Shown: piece by piece, positions 62,165 to 64,000 of the stretch
How the letters are laid out: each line of letters begins with the position of its first letter
How positions within the stretch are numbered: the first letter of the stretch is position 1
Source of the DNA: Scyliorhinus canicula
Taxonomy: Eukaryota
Reading direction: 5' to 3'
NCBI RefSeq assembly: GCF_902713615.1
Contig: NC_052159.1
Location: 96,649,877-96,713,876, forward strand
DNA: 64,000 nt
Position numbers and translations under genes: made by a program
The notes under the pieces: generated by a model
The model's input: the letters and a program-made list of their open reading frames with translations, nothing else
Database searches by the model: none
What the model was told of the DNA's origin: nothing

Positions 62165-62940
62165 GGTTCCCCAACTGACTAAAAATCTGTCTATTTCAGC
62201 CTTGAATATACTTAAACAGCTTTCAGCAGCTCTGTGGTAAAGAATTCCACAGGTTCACTACTCTCTGAGAGAGGAAATTCCTCCTGATCTTTGTCTTAAA
62301 TGGGCAAACCCTAATTCTGAGGTTATGCCTTCTGGTCCTAGATTCTCCCACAAGGGGAAACAGACTCAACATCCACCCTCTCAACATCAAGCCCCGTGAG
62401 AATCCTTTATGTCTCAATAAGGATGCCTCCCAATCTTCTAAACTTCAATGAAAACAGGCCCAACCTACTCAACTTCTCCTTATAAGAAGATCCCTCCATA
62501 CCCAGAATGAACCTAGTGAACCTTCTCTGGACTGCCTCCAATGGCAGTATAAACTAAAACCATGTGCACTTGTGGAGTCTGTATCCTTCCATTCCCACCC
62601 TATCCATATATTTGTCCAAATGCCGCTTTCGTACCTGCTCTCACCATCTCGCCAGGAAGCGCGTTCCATATATACCCTTTGTGTATATAAAAAAAAGACT
62701 TGCCTCGCACATCTATTCTAATCTTTTCCTCGCGCGCTTTAAACCTATGTACCCTAGTACTTGAATCTCCTACCCTAGGAAAGAGCATCTGACTACCCAC
62801 TCTGTCCATGCCACTCACAATCTTGTAGAGCTCTATCAGGTCGCCCTTCAACCTCCGTCGTTCCAGTGAGAACAGACCGAGTTTATCTAATCTCTCCTCA
62901 TAGCTAATGCCCGCCATACCAGGCAACATCCTAGTAAACC
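62165..62940 (-). mobile_element. Two CR1 3' fragments
   Basis: RRNFLSQRVVNLWNSLPQ and MLPGMAGISYEERLDKLGLFSLERRRLKGDLIELYKI. Confidence 0.85.
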
Positions 62941-63228
62941 AGGCGGACTGCAGAAGGACTTCAACAGGCTAGGAGAGTGGGCAAAGAAGTGACAGATGGA
63001 ATACAATGTGAAAAGGTGTGAGGTCATGCACTTTGGAAGGAGAAATAGAGGCATAGACTATTTTCTAAATGGGCAAATGCTCAGGAAATCAGAAGCACAA
63101 AGGGACTTGGGAGTCCTTGTTCACAATTCTCTTAAGGTTAAGGTGCAGGTTCAGTCGGTAGTTAGGAAGGCAAATGCAATGTAAGCATTCATGCCGAGAG
63201 GACTAGAATACAAGACCAGGGATGCACT
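62941..63228 (+). mobile_element. CR1 RT fragment
   Basis: LQKDFNRLGEWAKK*QMEYNVKRCEVMHFGRRN...QRDLGVLV...KANAM. Confidence 0.88.
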
Positions 63229-63433
63229 TATGATGAGGTGGCAGCGGGCAGGGATTGAGAGATTTGGAGATCTCTTCATTGAGGAGGGTTTCCCGAGCTT
63301 GGAGGGGCTAGAGGAGGAGTTTGAGTTGCCAGGGGGAATGGGTTACAGTACTTACAAATGCGGGATTTTGTCTGGAGGCAGGTTCCGGGCTTTCCTCGCC
63401 TCTCACTAAGGGGACTACAGGATAAGGTGATTT
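63229..63433 (+). mobile_element. Internal L1 ORF2 fragment
   Basis: RWQRAGIERFGDLFIEEGFPSLEGLEEEFELP...YLQMRDFV (fish-L1-type post-RT region). Confidence 0.75.
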
Positions 63434-63692
63434 CATCCTCCCCGTGTGTGTGTGGGTTTCCTCTGGGTGCTCCAGTTTCCTCCCACAGTCCAAAGCTGTG
63501 CAGGTTAGGTGGATTGGCCATGATAAATTGCCCTTGGTGTCCAAAATTGCCCTTACTGTTGGGTGGGGCTACTGGATTATGGGGATAGGGTGAAGGTGTT
63601 GACCTTGGGTAGGGTGCTCTTTCCAAGAGCCGGTGGAGACTCGATGGGCCGAATGGCCTCCTTCTGCGCTGTAAATTCTATGATAATCTATG
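63434..63692 (+). mobile_element. 5'-truncated HE1 V-SINE
   Basis: V-core plus CR1-type tail; head missing. Confidence 0.92.
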
Positions 63693-63705
63693 CTGAGATA
63701 AGGTT

Positions 63706-64000
63706 GTGATGATATACATATGGGCTACATTATAATTGGATGGTGTGTGACCTCCAACCAGCAAGTGGCAGTACGGACACACCTTGAGGTCTCCAGACCA
63801 AGGTCATGTGACCTGGGTCCCAGATATTAAAGGAGACACATCCAGCCATCTTCAGAAGAAGATTGAGAGGGTAATACATGTAATTGGTCAGGGTTAGATG
63901 TAAGTTCCAGAGGAGTAGCAAGACTCTATGATAACGTGCTTGTATCAGATTGCCGTCCTGCCACAGGAGACAAATTAAAAGGATCCTGGTTGAGACTTAT
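63706..64000 (+). mobile_element. LTR-like segment
   Basis: Starts TGTGATGATATAC, similar to the 44828 element. End not resolved. Confidence 0.4.

Overview
This is eukaryotic, AT-rich, repeat-dense vertebrate DNA. It is almost certainly from a cartilaginous fish (shark, probably catshark-like), inferred from many HE1-type V-SINEs and their partner CR1/HER1-like LINEs. I see no intact, confidently named host gene. The best host signal is a putative plus-strand 3'-terminal exon with a poly(A) signal at about 46.9-47.3 kb, so most of the window is probably long intron followed by 3' flank. The rest is a layered transposon landscape. It includes a full-length but decayed Gypsy (Mag-like) LTR retrotransposon (17582-22775; two LTRs, PBS, PPT, 5-bp TSD) and a near full-length, nested CR1 LINE. 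There are also fragments of CR1, Rex1/Babar, RTE, L1 and CR1/L2-group LINEs, three Penelope-like (PLE) remnants with minimal hammerhead ribozyme motifs, many PIF/Harbinger non-autonomous elements (two retain a Myb/SANT exon), pogo/Tigger remnants and solo-LTR-like segments. The most interesting observations are: (1) one V-SINE head/core appears with three different 3' ends and insertion signatures, pointing to three LINE partners (CR1, Rex1/Babar, L1); (2) an inverted-pLTR Penelope insertion has a 12-bp TSD and a hammerhead on each strand; (3) there is a three-family CR1-L1-SINE chimera; (4) TE-free, homeodomain-motif-rich islands may be conserved enhancers. Nearly all ORFs in the supplied track are TE remnants or spurious. 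Family names come from motif recognition only; no database search was run.
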